A stretch of 64,000 nucleotides of DNA from Candidatus Rokuibacteriota bacterium (GCA_003220315.1 QHSA01000133.1:14843-78842); one strand, 5' to 3'; numbered from the stretch's first letter, positions 19,996 to 29,427 are shown. Program-made: numbers and translations. The notes: a model not told the origin generated them from the sequence alone.

Positions 19996-20378
19996 GTCTC
20001 CCTCGCCTCCTTCGTGAACGCGGCGACGATGTCCGGCAGCGGTGTGCCCATCGGGAACACGCGCGCGACGCCGAGCTTCCGGAGCTCCTCCACGTCGCGC
20101 GGCGGGATGATGCCGCCCACGACGACCCTGACCTCCCCGGCGCCGTGCGCCCGCAGCCCCTCGAGCACGCGGCGCGAGAGGAGCACGTGGGCGCCCGACA
20201 GCACCGAGAGCCCGACCACGTCTACGTCCTCCTGGATCGCCGCCCGCACGATCTCGTCCGGCGTCCGCTTGAGCCCCGAGTAGACGACCTCGACCCCCGC
20301 GTCGCGGAGCGCCTGCGCCACGACCTTCGCGCCGCGGTCGTGGCCGTCGAGCCCCGGCTTGGCGATCAGGACCTTCAC
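19992..20378 (-). CDS. acyl-CoA mutase cobalamin-binding subunit
   Basis: AKPGLDGHDRGAK (DxHxxG), GLSVLSG, GGIIP. Confidence 0.95.
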   Translation of the reverse strand: MKVLIAKPGLDGHDRGAKVVAQALRDAGVEVVYSGLKRTPDEIVRAAIQEDVDVVGLSVLSGAHVLLSRRVLEGLRAHGAGEVRVVVGGIIPPRDVEELRKLGVARVFPMGTPLPDIVAAFTKEARET

Positions 20379-20652
20379 TGTAGCGAAGTCCGCGAGGCCG
20401 GCGCCATCGGTGGGTGGCCTGAGACCAGGCGCGACCCGGCTCCGGTCCCCATGTCGTGTCTCATTCCAACAGGGTCCGCGAGGCCGGCGCCAGCGGTGGG
20501 TGGCCGTCGGACTGACCGCCCTTCGAGCGCGGGCTTCGCCCGCGCAACCGATCCTGGGGGAGGCTCGGAGGGGGCCGTCGAGGCCCCCTTCGATGAGGTG
20601 GGTGGCCTGAGACCAGGCGCGACCCGGCTCCGGTCGTCCCGGCGCTATTCAT
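20375..20652 (-). repeat. composite family B / B::C repeat carrying two chained ORFs
   Basis: Two family B copies, one interrupted by a 91-bp family C element; ORFs 20652-20461 and 20464-20375. Confidence 0.9.
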
Positions 20653-21124
20653 TCGGGAGCTCGAGGATGCGGCCCCGCACGCGCCCATCCTCGACGGTGA
20701 GTCGTCCCACTGCCACGGGAAGCTTGAAGCGGCGGGGGCCGGCGCTTCCCGGATTGAAAAACAGCACGCCGTCCCGCTCCTCCTGCCGCGGCTGGTGACT
20801 GTGGCCGGAAATGACCACGCCGAACCCCGCCGCGCGCGGGTCAAGGCCCAGCGCCGTCACGTCGTGCAGCACGTACAGGAGCACGCCCCCGATCTCGAGA
20901 ACCTGAGTGGACGGAACCTTCTCGGCCCACGCGCCGCGATCATTGTTGCCACGAACGGCCGTCACCGGCGCGATCGCGCCGAGTCGCTCCAGCACGTCCG
21001 GCGTGCCGATGTCCCCGGCGTGGACGATCGCATCGACGCCCCGGAGCGCCACGACCGCCTCGGGCCTCAACCGTCCGTGAGTGTCGGAGATAACGCCCAC
21101 CGATCGCACGCGCGAGCCGCTCAT
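20645..21124 (-). CDS. YfcE-like metallophosphoesterase
   Basis: ISDTHG, HAGDIG, VRGNND, GHSH, NPGS. Confidence 0.92.
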   Translation of the reverse strand: MSGSRVRSVGVISDTHGRLRPEAVVALRGVDAIVHAGDIGTPDVLERLGAIAPVTAVRGNNDRGAWAEKVPSTQVLEIGGVLLYVLHDVTALGLDPRAAGFGVVISGHSHQPRQEERDGVLFFNPGSAGPRRFKLPVAVGRLTVEDGRVRGRILELPNE

Positions 21125-21549
21125 GCCGGGGCGAACGCCGGCAGCCATCGGGCGTTGCCCTTGGGGTCGTCGGCGACGCGAAGCGGCGCGAGCCGGACGC
21201 GCTGGCCGATCCTGAGCGCCGCCGGGTCGGCGTCGACGAGGGCCGTGAAGACCCGATGGACGTCGACCTTCACGATCGCAAAGACGCGCGGCCCGTCGAA
21301 GCCCGCGGGAAGCCCCGCCTCCTGCAGCGTGAAGGCGTGGAGCGTTCCCTCGCCCGGGAGGTCCACCCATTCGAACCGGTCCGACGCGCACTCGCCGCAG
21401 AAGCCGCGGGGTGGCCACGCCGTCGTGCGGCAGTCGCGGCAGCGGGTGGTCATGAGCCGCCCCGACGCCAGGCGCGTGTAGAACTCGTGAAGCTTCGTGT
21501 GGTCCGCCGACTCCAGCGGGAAGGGGTCGACCGCGCGGAAATAGGTCAC
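21121..21549 (-). CDS. DUF35 (Zn-ribbon + OB-fold) acyl-CoA-associated protein
   Basis: CRDC...WPPRGFCGEC, G.L..FT, IGQRV. Confidence 0.88.
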   Translation of the reverse strand: MTYFRAVDPFPLESADHTKLHEFYTRLASGRLMTTRCRDCRTTAWPPRGFCGECASDRFEWVDLPGEGTLHAFTLQEAGLPAGFDGPRVFAIVKVDVHRVFTALVDADPAALRIGQRVRLAPLRVADDPKGNARWLPAFAPA

Positions 21550-22645
21550 GCGCCGACCACCGGCCACTTCGACTCGATGGGGAGTCCCGCGCGCGCGATC
21601 TGCCGCCGGGCGAGCTCTTCCACACGTGCGTAGAGCGCCTGCTCGTCGAGCGTCGTGAGCCGCCCCTCGTCGAGGACGATCCGCCCGTCGATCAGCACGG
21701 TCCGCACACTCGCGCCCGTCGCCGCGTAGACGAGGTTGTTCAACGGATTGAGGAGCGGGCGCCACTCGGGAGTGTCCAGGTCGTAGAGCACCAGGTCGGC
21801 GCGCTTGCCCCGCTCGATCGAGCCGATCTCGCGCTCGAGCAAGAGCGCCGCGGCGCCGTGGAGCGTCGCCATCTCGAGGACGCGCTCGGGGCCCATCACG
21901 CCCACGTCGAGGCGCGCGTCCTTGGAGATCGTGGCGGTGAGGTACATGAGCCGCAGCATGTCGAAGTGGTTCGAGCCGTTCCCGCTGTCGCCCCCGAGCG
22001 AGACCGAGACGCCGGCGTCGAGCATCTCGGGGAACCGGCCGTGGGCGACGAGCCCCTTCGTGTGCTTGAGCGCCGCCGACGGGCAGTGAGAGACCTTCAC
22101 GCCACGCGGACCGCGGCGAGCATCTCCTCGTTCGCGCGGAGCGCGTCGGCCGTGGTCTGGCGCATCCGTCCGGATCCGCCCGCGAGGTCCCACGACCAGC
22201 GCCCGAGGATCGCGCGCATCCCGATCGCCTCGACCGCGTCGGCGACCGCCGCGACGTCGAAGAGCGTGCCCGCCTCACAGAAGGTCGTCGTCCCCGTGCG
22301 GATCATCTCGACGCACGCGAGCTGCGCGGAGACCTGCTCCTCCTCCGGGGTCATGACCGCGTAGAGCGGGATGAGCCAGTCGGGGAGGTAGCGGTCCACC
22401 GGGATGTCGTCGAGGAGGAGGCCGCGATTCAAGTGCTCCGAGAGGTGGACGTGCGTGTCGACGAAGCCGGGGAGCACGAGGCGTCGGCGACCGTCGATCA
22501 CCCGGTCGGGCGCACGCGGCGGCCGCACGTCGACGGCGGGGCCCACGTCCACGATGTCCCGGCCGTCCACGAGCACGGCGCCGTCGCGCAGGATGCGCCG
22601 CTCGCGGTCCACGGTGACGACGGTCGCGTGCTCGATGAGGATCAC
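21546..22645 (-). pseudogene. AtzA/MtaD-like amidohydrolase, split and apparently lacking its middle
   Basis: N part 22645-22097 has PGFVDTHVH and GTTT. C part 22100-21546, in another frame, has VSHCP, LGGD, MAT..GA, GSIE.GK.AD. The central HxxE region is absent. Confidence 0.75.
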
Positions 22646-23604
22646 TGGTACGCAGCGTCCTCTCGCACCCGCCTGAGCTGCCGGAGCAGCGCACGGACCT
22701 TGGCGGTCTCGAACGTCTCGCGCCGGTCGCCGGCGTAGTCGAAGAACCCGCGCCCCGTCTTCGGGCCGAGCTCTCGCCTCGCGATCTTCTCCTCGACCAG
22801 GCGCGCCGGCTTGAAGCGGTCGTCACCGAGCGCGTCGGCGAGGAAGCGGCTCGCACGGTGGAGGATGTCCACGCCGCCCCAGTCGATGAACTCGAAGATC
22901 CCGACCTGCGCGTAACGGAAGCCCATCCCCGCCCTGAACGCCCGGTCCACGTCCTCGGGCGACGCGACGCCCTCCTCGACGAGGCGGACCGCCTCGTTCA
23001 TGAGCAACGCCTGTAGCCGCGGCCCGATGAACCCCGGCGAGTCGGCGCACCGCACGGGGACCTTCCCGAGCGCCTCGAGGACCTCGATGGCGCGGTCGAC
23101 GACGGCGGCCGTGGTCGCCTGGCCGGCGACGACCTCCACGAGCGGGACGATGTGGGCGGGGTTGAGCCAGTGCGCGACGAGGAAGCGCTCCGGACGCTCT
23201 ACCGCGTCGGCGAGGTGCCTGGGCGCGATCGTCGAGCTCGTCGAGGCGATGATCGCCCCGGCGCCGACGCGGGTCGAGAGGCGCCCCAGCACCTCGCGCT
23301 TGAGGTCGAGCAGCTCCGGCAGCGCCTCCTGCACGAAAGCGCACGCGTCGAGGCCGTCGAGCCCCGTGCGGTCCTCGATCCGGTCGAGCGCCGACGCGAC
23401 GTCGCCGCCCGCGATCACACCCTCCTCGGTCATGAGCCGGAGGTCGCGGGTGATCTCGCGCCGCGCGTCGGCGAAGACGGCGCGCCGCTCCTCGGGCGTG
23501 CGGGCCTTGACGTCGACGAGGAGGACACGGCGCCCGCCCAAGGCGAAGGCGAGCGCGATCTGGCGCCCGATCCTCCCGGGGCCGAGAACCGCGACTGTAT
23601 TCAT
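22642..23604 (-). CDS. 3-hydroxyacyl-CoA dehydrogenase family protein
   Basis: VLGPGRIG, EALPE...K, ASTSS, AHWLNPAHIVPLVE, PGFIGPRLQ. Confidence 0.92.
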   Translation of the reverse strand: MNTVAVLGPGRIGRQIALAFALGGRRVLLVDVKARTPEERRAVFADARREITRDLRLMTEEGVIAGGDVASALDRIEDRTGLDGLDACAFVQEALPELLDLKREVLGRLSTRVGAGAIIASTSSTIAPRHLADAVERPERFLVAHWLNPAHIVPLVEVVAGQATTAAVVDRAIEVLEALGKVPVRCADSPGFIGPRLQALLMNEAVRLVEEGVASPEDVDRAFRAGMGFRYAQVGIFEFIDWGGVDILHRASRFLADALGDDRFKPARLVEEKIARRELGPKTGRGFFDYAGDRRETFETAKVRALLRQLRRVREDAAYQ

Positions 23605-23868
23605 AGACTCGCCTCGCCGGCGGCTGCGGCTCGTACGACCACGTTCATAGACTCGCCTCGCCGGCGGCTGCGGCTCGTACGACCACGCTCATAGACTCGC
23701 CTCGCCGACGGCTGCGGCTCGTACGACCACGTTCATAGACTCGCCTCGCCGACGGCTGCGGCTCGTACGACCACGTTCATAGACTCGCCTCGCCGGCGGC
23801 TGCGGCTCGTACGACCACGTTCATAGACTCGCCTCGCCGACGGCTGCGGCTCGTACGACCACGTTCAC
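23601..23868 (-). repeat. 44-bp family A tandem array (6 units), each unit a coupled 15-aa ORF
   Basis: TCAT at 23601, 23645, 23689, 23733, 23777, 23821 and TCAC at 23865. Confidence 0.97.
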
Positions 23869-25034
23869 GCCGGTTCGCGCCCGTAAATCATCACGACGTG
23901 CTCGCCCATCCCGCTGTTGTTGTGCGTGAGCCCGATCGCCGCGCCGGGCACCTGGCGGGCGCCGGCCTCGTCGCGGAGCTGGACGAAGACCTCCGCCGCC
24001 TGGGCGACGCCGGTGGCGCCGAGCGGGTGACCGCATCCGATCAGCCCGCCGCGCGGGTTCACGACCACGTCGCCGCCGTAGTCGCCGCGCCCCGCGGCGA
24101 CGAACGCGCCCGCCTCGCCCTTGCCGCAGAAGCCGAGCTCCTCGCACGCAATGAGCTCCGCGATCGCGAAGCAGTCGTGTACCTCGGCGAGGTCGACCTC
24201 GCGCGGCGCGATGCCGGCCATCCGGTACGCGGCCTGCGCCGCACGCCTGAGCGCGGGCCACTGGGCGTAGTCCTCGTGGAGCGAGGTGAGCTGGAAGCCG
24301 TCCAGCGCCTGGCCCGTCCCTCGGATCCAGACCGGCTTGTCGGTCAGCCCGCGCGCCCGCTCCTCGCTCGCGAGGATCACCGCCGCGGCGCCGTCGGTGA
24401 TCGGCGAGCACATGAACAGGCGCAAGGGCGTCGCGATCATCCGCGAGCCGAGCACCTGGTCGAGCGTGGCGCCCTTGTTGAAGTGGGCGTTCGGGTTCTT
24501 GGCGGCATGGGTATGGTTTTTCACGCCGACCATCGCGAGCTGCTCCTCGGTCGTCCCGTACGCGGCCATGTGGCGCTGGGCCGCGAGCGCGAAACAGGGC
24601 GGCGCCGTGAGCCCGAAGGCCGCCTCCCACTCGCGGTCCACCCCGGTGCCCATGTTGAGGATCGCCTCCTCGCCCGTCGGCGCGTTGAGCTTCTCGACGC
24701 CGAGCACCATGACGAGGTCGGCGAGCCCCGCGGCGATGAAGGCGTACGCGTAGCGGATCGCGACGGTGCCCGAGGCGCACATGTGCTCGGTCCGCGCGCT
24801 GAGCGCGCTCGGCTTGATTCCGAGCGCCTCGGCGGCGAGCGAGGAAATATGGGACTGGAAGGCCGTGCGCTCCGGCATCACGGAGCCGACGACGAGACCC
24901 TCGACGTCCTTCGGCTTCACCGCAGGGATCGAGTCGAAGCACGCCTTGCCCGCCTCCCAGATGAGGTCGCGGTAGCTCGCCCGGCGCACGCCGAACTTCG
25001 AGACCCCCGCGCCGACCAGCGCGACTCGTCTCAT
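23865..25034 (-). CDS. thiolase (SCP2/archaeal-like type)
   Basis: EHMCASG, KNH...NPNAHF, CSPITDGAAA, EVHDCF, GHPLGATG. Confidence 0.93.
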   Translation of the reverse strand: MRRVALVGAGVSKFGVRRASYRDLIWEAGKACFDSIPAVKPKDVEGLVVGSVMPERTAFQSHISSLAAEALGIKPSALSARTEHMCASGTVAIRYAYAFIAAGLADLVMVLGVEKLNAPTGEEAILNMGTGVDREWEAAFGLTAPPCFALAAQRHMAAYGTTEEQLAMVGVKNHTHAAKNPNAHFNKGATLDQVLGSRMIATPLRLFMCSPITDGAAAVILASEERARGLTDKPVWIRGTGQALDGFQLTSLHEDYAQWPALRRAAQAAYRMAGIAPREVDLAEVHDCFAIAELIACEELGFCGKGEAGAFVAAGRGDYGGDVVVNPRGGLIGCGHPLGATGVAQAAEVFVQLRDEAGARQVPGAAIGLTHNNSGMGEHVVMIYGREPA

Positions 25035-25711
25035 CTCATCCTCCCGCGCGCACCCGCGTCGATCGCTTCGGCGATCGCCGCGTGTCCGGCCTGGCGGGCC
25101 ACATCCGCCGGCGTTTGCCCCTCGTGGTTCCCGGTCTCTGGATCCGCGCCCGCCGCGAGCAGCAGCCGCACGACCTCGGCGTCGCCGCCGAGCGCAGCCT
25201 CGTGCAGTGGCGTGTGTCCGCCGCTCTGCCGCGCGTTCACGCGCGCGCCCGCGTCGAGCAGGCGACGCATGAGCGCGGCGCCAGCGCGACCGGCTGCGGC
25301 CGCGTGCAACGGCGCGTTGGCGTGGCCGTTGCGCGACGTCGCGTTCACGTCGGCGCCACGCGCCAGCAACACGTCCACCATCGCCGTGTGGCGAAAGTGA
25401 CCCGCGAGGTGCAGCGGCGTCCAGCCATCCGGCGCATGCGCGTTCACGAGCGTCGGGTCGGTGTCGAGCAGCGCGCGCACGCGGTCGACGTCGCCCGCCG
25501 CGGCGGCCTCGAACACGTCGAGCGTGGCGCCCCGGGCGCGCAGGAGCGTCAGGACGTCGGGCGCCCGATGATAGATGGCGAGCAAGACCGGGGTCTCACC
25601 CGACGCGGTGCGCGCGGTCACCAGGCTCGGGTCACGGTCGAGGGCGGCCACCGCCGCCGCTCGATCCCGACCCCTGACCGCCGCCAGCAGTTCGTCCACC
25701 GGGCGCGTCAC
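25031..25711 (-). CDS. ankyrin repeat protein
   Basis: GETPVLLA, GWTPLHLA, PLHAAA, GHTPLHEAA, GQTPADVA. Confidence 0.9.
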   Translation of the reverse strand: MTRPVDELLAAVRGRDRAAAVAALDRDPSLVTARTASGETPVLLAIYHRAPDVLTLLRARGATLDVFEAAAAGDVDRVRALLDTDPTLVNAHAPDGWTPLHLAGHFRHTAMVDVLLARGADVNATSRNGHANAPLHAAAAGRAGAALMRRLLDAGARVNARQSGGHTPLHEAALGGDAEVVRLLLAAGADPETGNHEGQTPADVARQAGHAAIAEAIDAGARGRMR

Positions 25712-26187
25712 GGGCGCCTCCGCATGAGGACGCTCTCCTCGTAGCCGCACACGGTGTCGCCCCGCTGGTTCTTCACGACCGCGCTCAAGATCACGACGCC
25801 ACGGTCGGGCCTGGACGTCTCGCGGCACGCCGTGACGGTCATCTCGGTGTGCACGGTGTCGCCGAACTTGACGGGCGCGGTGAAGCGGACCCGGTCGAGC
25901 CCGAGGAGCGCGAGCGTCGTCCCCTCGAACCAGCCCGCGAGGTTCTGCGCGCCGTTGGAGACCGCGAGCGTGAGGATGCCGTGGGCGACGCGCGCGCCAA
26001 ACGGCGTCGTCGTCGCGTACTCCTCGTCCGTGTGGAGCGGGTTGAAGTCGCCCGTGAGCCCGGCGAAGCGCGAGACGTCGCCGCCGTCCACCGTGCGCCG
26101 TCCGGTCACGAGCACCTCGCCGACCTCGAAATCCTCCCAGTAGCGTCCGCGTGGTCGCGACGTCCCTCCCCGTGTCGTCGTCATCAC
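25708..26187 (-). CDS. MaoC-like (R)-specific enoyl-CoA hydratase/dehydratase
   Basis: YWEDFEVG, FAGLTGDFNPLH.D, AHG, F.APV..GDT. Confidence 0.92.
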   Translation of the reverse strand: MMTTTRGGTSRPRGRYWEDFEVGEVLVTGRRTVDGGDVSRFAGLTGDFNPLHTDEEYATTTPFGARVAHGILTLAVSNGAQNLAGWFEGTTLALLGLDRVRFTAPVKFGDTVHTEMTVTACRETSRPDRGVVILSAVVKNQRGDTVCGYEESVLMRRRP

Positions 26188-27344
26188 GCGAACGCCTGAC
26201 CACGGTCCCAGTCGAGGTCGCGGTCGATCACGACGCGCAGGATCTCCGAGGTCCCGCCACCGGGCAAGAGGAAGCGCGCGTCACGGAAGTAGCGCTGGAT
26301 CGGGTACTCCATCGCGAGTCCGTACGAGGCGAAGATGCGCGCCGCCTCGTCCGTGACGCGCACCGCCATCTCCGACGCGAAGAGCTTCACCATCGCCGCC
26401 TCACGGGTGATCGCGCGTCCGGCGTCGAGCCGGGCCGCGGCCTGGTAGGTCATGAGCGTCGCCGCGTGGAGCCGGGTGAGCATGTCGGCGAGCTTGAAGC
26501 CGATCGCCTGGTGCTCGACGATCGGCTTCCCGAACGCGACCCGCTCCCGGGCGTAGGCGAGCGCGGCCGTGTACGCGGCGCGCGCGATCCCGACGGAGAT
26601 CGCCGCGGTCATCACCCGGATCTCCGAGAGGACGGACCCGATCTTCTCGACACCACCCGTTTCACCACCGAGGAGATACTCGGGAGGAACTTCCACGTCG
26701 TCGAGCCGGATCTCCCCCGTCACGGAACCACGCACCGCCATCTTGTCGATCGACTTCCCGAGCGCGATCCCGCGCATCGCCGAGCGGTCCAGGAGGAAGA
26801 GCGCGATGTTCTTCATGCCGCGCTCGGCAGAGGTCTTCGCCGCGACCGTCAGGACGTCGGCCACCGGCGCGTTGGTCACCCAGGTCTTGCCCCCGCGGAG
26901 CACCCAGCGGTCGCCGCGTCGCTCGGCGCGCGTGGTGATGTTGGCGACGTCGGAGCCGGCGCCGGGCTCGGTGAGCGCGAAGGTCGCGACCAGGTCGCCC
27001 CGGAGCGCGGGCACGAGGTACTTCCGGCGGAGCTCTTCGGTGCCGTACTTGTAGATGAAGTAGGTCCCCATCAGCGACTGCATGGCCACCGTCGCGGCCA
27101 CCGAGAGCGAGCCCCGGGCGAGCTCCTCGGCGAAGAGACAATAGGTGACCATGTCCGCGTCGGCGCCGCCGTACGCCGCCGGGTAGCGGAGACCGAGATA
27201 GCCGAGCTCGCCGAGGCGCTTGAACAGCGTCCACGGGAACTCCGCGCGCTCGTCGATCGCCTCTGCGGCCGGCACCACCTCGGCGTCGACGAGCCGCGCG
27301 ACCGCCTTGCGAAATTCTTCTTGCTCTGGCGTGAAGGCGATCAT
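26184..27344 (-). CDS. acyl-CoA dehydrogenase
   Basis: FALTEPGAGSD, GGKTWVTNA, KLFASE, RDAR...GGGTSEI; start MIAFTPEQ. Confidence 0.93.
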   Translation of the reverse strand: MIAFTPEQEEFRKAVARLVDAEVVPAAEAIDERAEFPWTLFKRLGELGYLGLRYPAAYGGADADMVTYCLFAEELARGSLSVAATVAMQSLMGTYFIYKYGTEELRRKYLVPALRGDLVATFALTEPGAGSDVANITTRAERRGDRWVLRGGKTWVTNAPVADVLTVAAKTSAERGMKNIALFLLDRSAMRGIALGKSIDKMAVRGSVTGEIRLDDVEVPPEYLLGGETGGVEKIGSVLSEIRVMTAAISVGIARAAYTAALAYARERVAFGKPIVEHQAIGFKLADMLTRLHAATLMTYQAAARLDAGRAITREAAMVKLFASEMAVRVTDEAARIFASYGLAMEYPIQRYFRDARFLLPGGGTSEILRVVIDRDLDWDRGQAFA

Positions 27345-27625
27345 TGTAACGGGGGCCGCGGGGCCGCCACACTCCGTGGGTGGCCTGAGACAAGGCGCGA
27401 CCCGGTTCCGTTCCGTAACGGGGGCCGCGGGGCCGCCACACTCCGTGGGTGGCCGTCGGACCGACCGCCCTTCGAGCGCGGGCTTCGCCCGCGCCACCGA
27501 TCCTGGGGGAGGCTCGGAGGGGGCCGTCGAGGCCCCCTTCGATGAGGTGGGGGGCCTGAGACGAGGTGCGACCCGGGCCCGTTCGGCACGCCGCCGCGTT
27601 TCATTCCACCGGGCGCGGCACTCAT
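27341..27625 (-). repeat. composite family B / B::C repeat spanned by one 94-aa bridging ORF
   Basis: Same B::C composite as at 20.5 kb; the ORF has ATGA overlaps at both ends. Confidence 0.9.
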
Positions 27626-29427
27626 GACGTCTTCCGCTCCGCTCTCATCGCGCCGCGGAGCTCGCGCGTGGCGTGCTCGTCCACACGAAGGTCGACCCCC
27701 GTCCCCGCGATCACGACGCCGTAGTCCGCGCGCGCCGCCGCGATCGAGACGTAATCGTCCAGGACGTCCTCGAGCACGCGCCGGGGGTCGCGCTCGAGCG
27801 GGTCACCGTAGCCCCCGGCGCCGGGCTGCTGGAACGAGATGACGTCACCGAACGCGAACTCGCGAGAGGCCTTCCCGTGGACGAGCTGTTCGTCCGGGCC
27901 GGGATTGATCACCGTTCGGCCGAGCGTTCCCGGCCGGCCACCGAACAGGCCGTATGGCGCGAACGTCTGCCGGTCGGCGAGATTCGTGAGCTTGCCGTCG
28001 TCGGCGAGGAAGCGCATGTCGCGGCGGACGCCGCAGCCGCCCCGGAACTTCCCCGCGCCGGCGGAGTCACGGAGCAGCTCGAAGCGCTCGACGATGATCG
28101 GCAGGTTCGCCTCCTGCGCCTCGACGGGGATGTTCGAGGCGTTGAACGCCCACGCCATCGCCTCGCACCCGTCCCGCGTCGCGCGCGCGCCCGTGCCCGA
28201 GAGCACCAGCTCGTACGCGACGAAGCGGCGCCGACGCGCGCGGTCCGAGCCGCCGAAGGTCGGATTCGCCATGTGCGACGCGGCCGCCGCCACTCGGTCG
28301 GGCACCGCCCGCGCGAGCGCGCCGATCACCGACTCGAACGTGCGGTAGCAGATGATCGCGCGCGGCCCCCCGCCCGCCGGCGGCCGCGGGTTGAGGAACG
28401 ACCCCTCGGGCGCCGTCACGGTGATGGGGCGCAGCGCGCCGTCGTTCATCGGGCCGAACGGGTCGGTCAGGCACTTGACCGCGGCATACGAGTAGGAGCG
28501 CGTGTAGTTGATGTAGGAGTTCATGCCCGACGCGGTCTGCGGGCTCGAGCCCCCATAGTCGATCACCATGCCGTCGCCCGCGACCGTCACCGCGACGGCC
28601 ACGCGGAGCGGCGCGGTCCCCGGCCCCGAGTCGTCCATGAAGTCCTCGAACGTGTAGACGCCGTCCGGGACGGCCCGGATCGCGGCGCGCATGTTCGCCT
28701 CGGTCCGCTCGATGATCTCGTCCATCGCGCGGACGAGCAGGTCGCGGCCGTAGCGCGCGCCGAGCTCTTGGAGTCTCAGCTCCCCGACGCGCAACGCGCT
28801 CCGCTGGGCGCGCAGGTCGCCGAGGACCTTCTCGGGCGTGCGCGTGTTCGCGGCGATGATCCCGACGATCCCAGCGTCCTCCTCGTACGCCCTCCACACC
28901 TTGGTCGGCGGGATACGGAGCCCTTCCTGGAAGTAGTCGAAGATGCCCTCGACGCCCTGGCTGCCGGGGCGCTGGCCGCCGACGTCGGTGTGGTGGAGGA
29001 TGTTCACCGCGAAACCGACCAGCTGACCCTCGTGGAACGCGGGCTGCGTGACGAAGAAGTCCGGCAGGTGCCCCGAGCCGAGCAGCGGATCGTTCATGAG
29101 AATGGCATCGCCCGGACGCAGCGACTCGACGGGGTGCGCGGCGAGCGCGTTCTTGACGGCGACGGACATGGCCCCCATGTGCCCGGGACTGTACGGCCCC
29201 TGAGCGACCATGCGCCCCTCGGGGTCGAAGACCGCCACGGAGAAGTCCTGGCCCTCACGCGCCTGCTCGGAGTAGGCGGTCTTATGGACCGTCGTCCCGA
29301 TCTCGACCGCGATCGACTGGAGCGCGCCCCAGATGACGCCGAGGGTGATCGGGTCCGTTGTCGCGGAGGCGGCGAGGCCGGCGCACTCCGTAGGTGGCGT
29401 GCTGTGGGTGCGGTCTGGCTCCGTCAT
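27622..29427 (-). CDS. hyuB: hydantoinase B/oxoprolinase family subunit
   Basis: DPITL, DFS.A.FD, NDP..G..HLPD, HH.DVGG..PGS, EGL.IPP, GAGGYGDP..RD. Confidence 0.92.
   Translation of the reverse strand: MTEPDRTHSTPPTECAGLAASATTDPITLGVIWGALQSIAVEIGTTVHKTAYSEQAREGQDFSVAVFDPEGRMVAQGPYSPGHMGAMSVAVKNALAAHPVESLRPGDAILMNDPLLGSGHLPDFFVTQPAFHEGQLVGFAVNILHHTDVGGQRPGSQGVEGIFDYFQEGLRIPPTKVWRAYEEDAGIVGIIAANTRTPEKVLGDLRAQRSALRVGELRLQELGARYGRDLLVRAMDEIIERTEANMRAAIRAVPDGVYTFEDFMDDSGPGTAPLRVAVAVTVAGDGMVIDYGGSSPQTASGMNSYINYTRSYSYAAVKCLTDPFGPMNDGALRPITVTAPEGSFLNPRPPAGGGPRAIICYRTFESVIGALARAVPDRVAAAASHMANPTFGGSDRARRRRFVAYELVLSGTGARATRDGCEAMAWAFNASNIPVEAQEANLPIIVERFELLRDSAGAGKFRGGCGVRRDMRFLADDGKLTNLADRQTFAPYGLFGGRPGTLGRTVINPGPDEQLVHGKASREFAFGDVISFQQPGAGGYGDPLERDPRRVLEDVLDDYVSIAAARADYGVVIAGTGVDLRVDEHATRELRGAMRAERKTS

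Noticed and set aside
22097..22099. Selenocysteine or read-through TGA in the amidohydrolase
   Set aside because: The downstream half is in a different frame and about 100 residues appear to be missing.
23601..23868. 44-bp array as a CRISPR array
   Set aside because: Units are head-to-tail with no unique spacers, and there are no cas genes.
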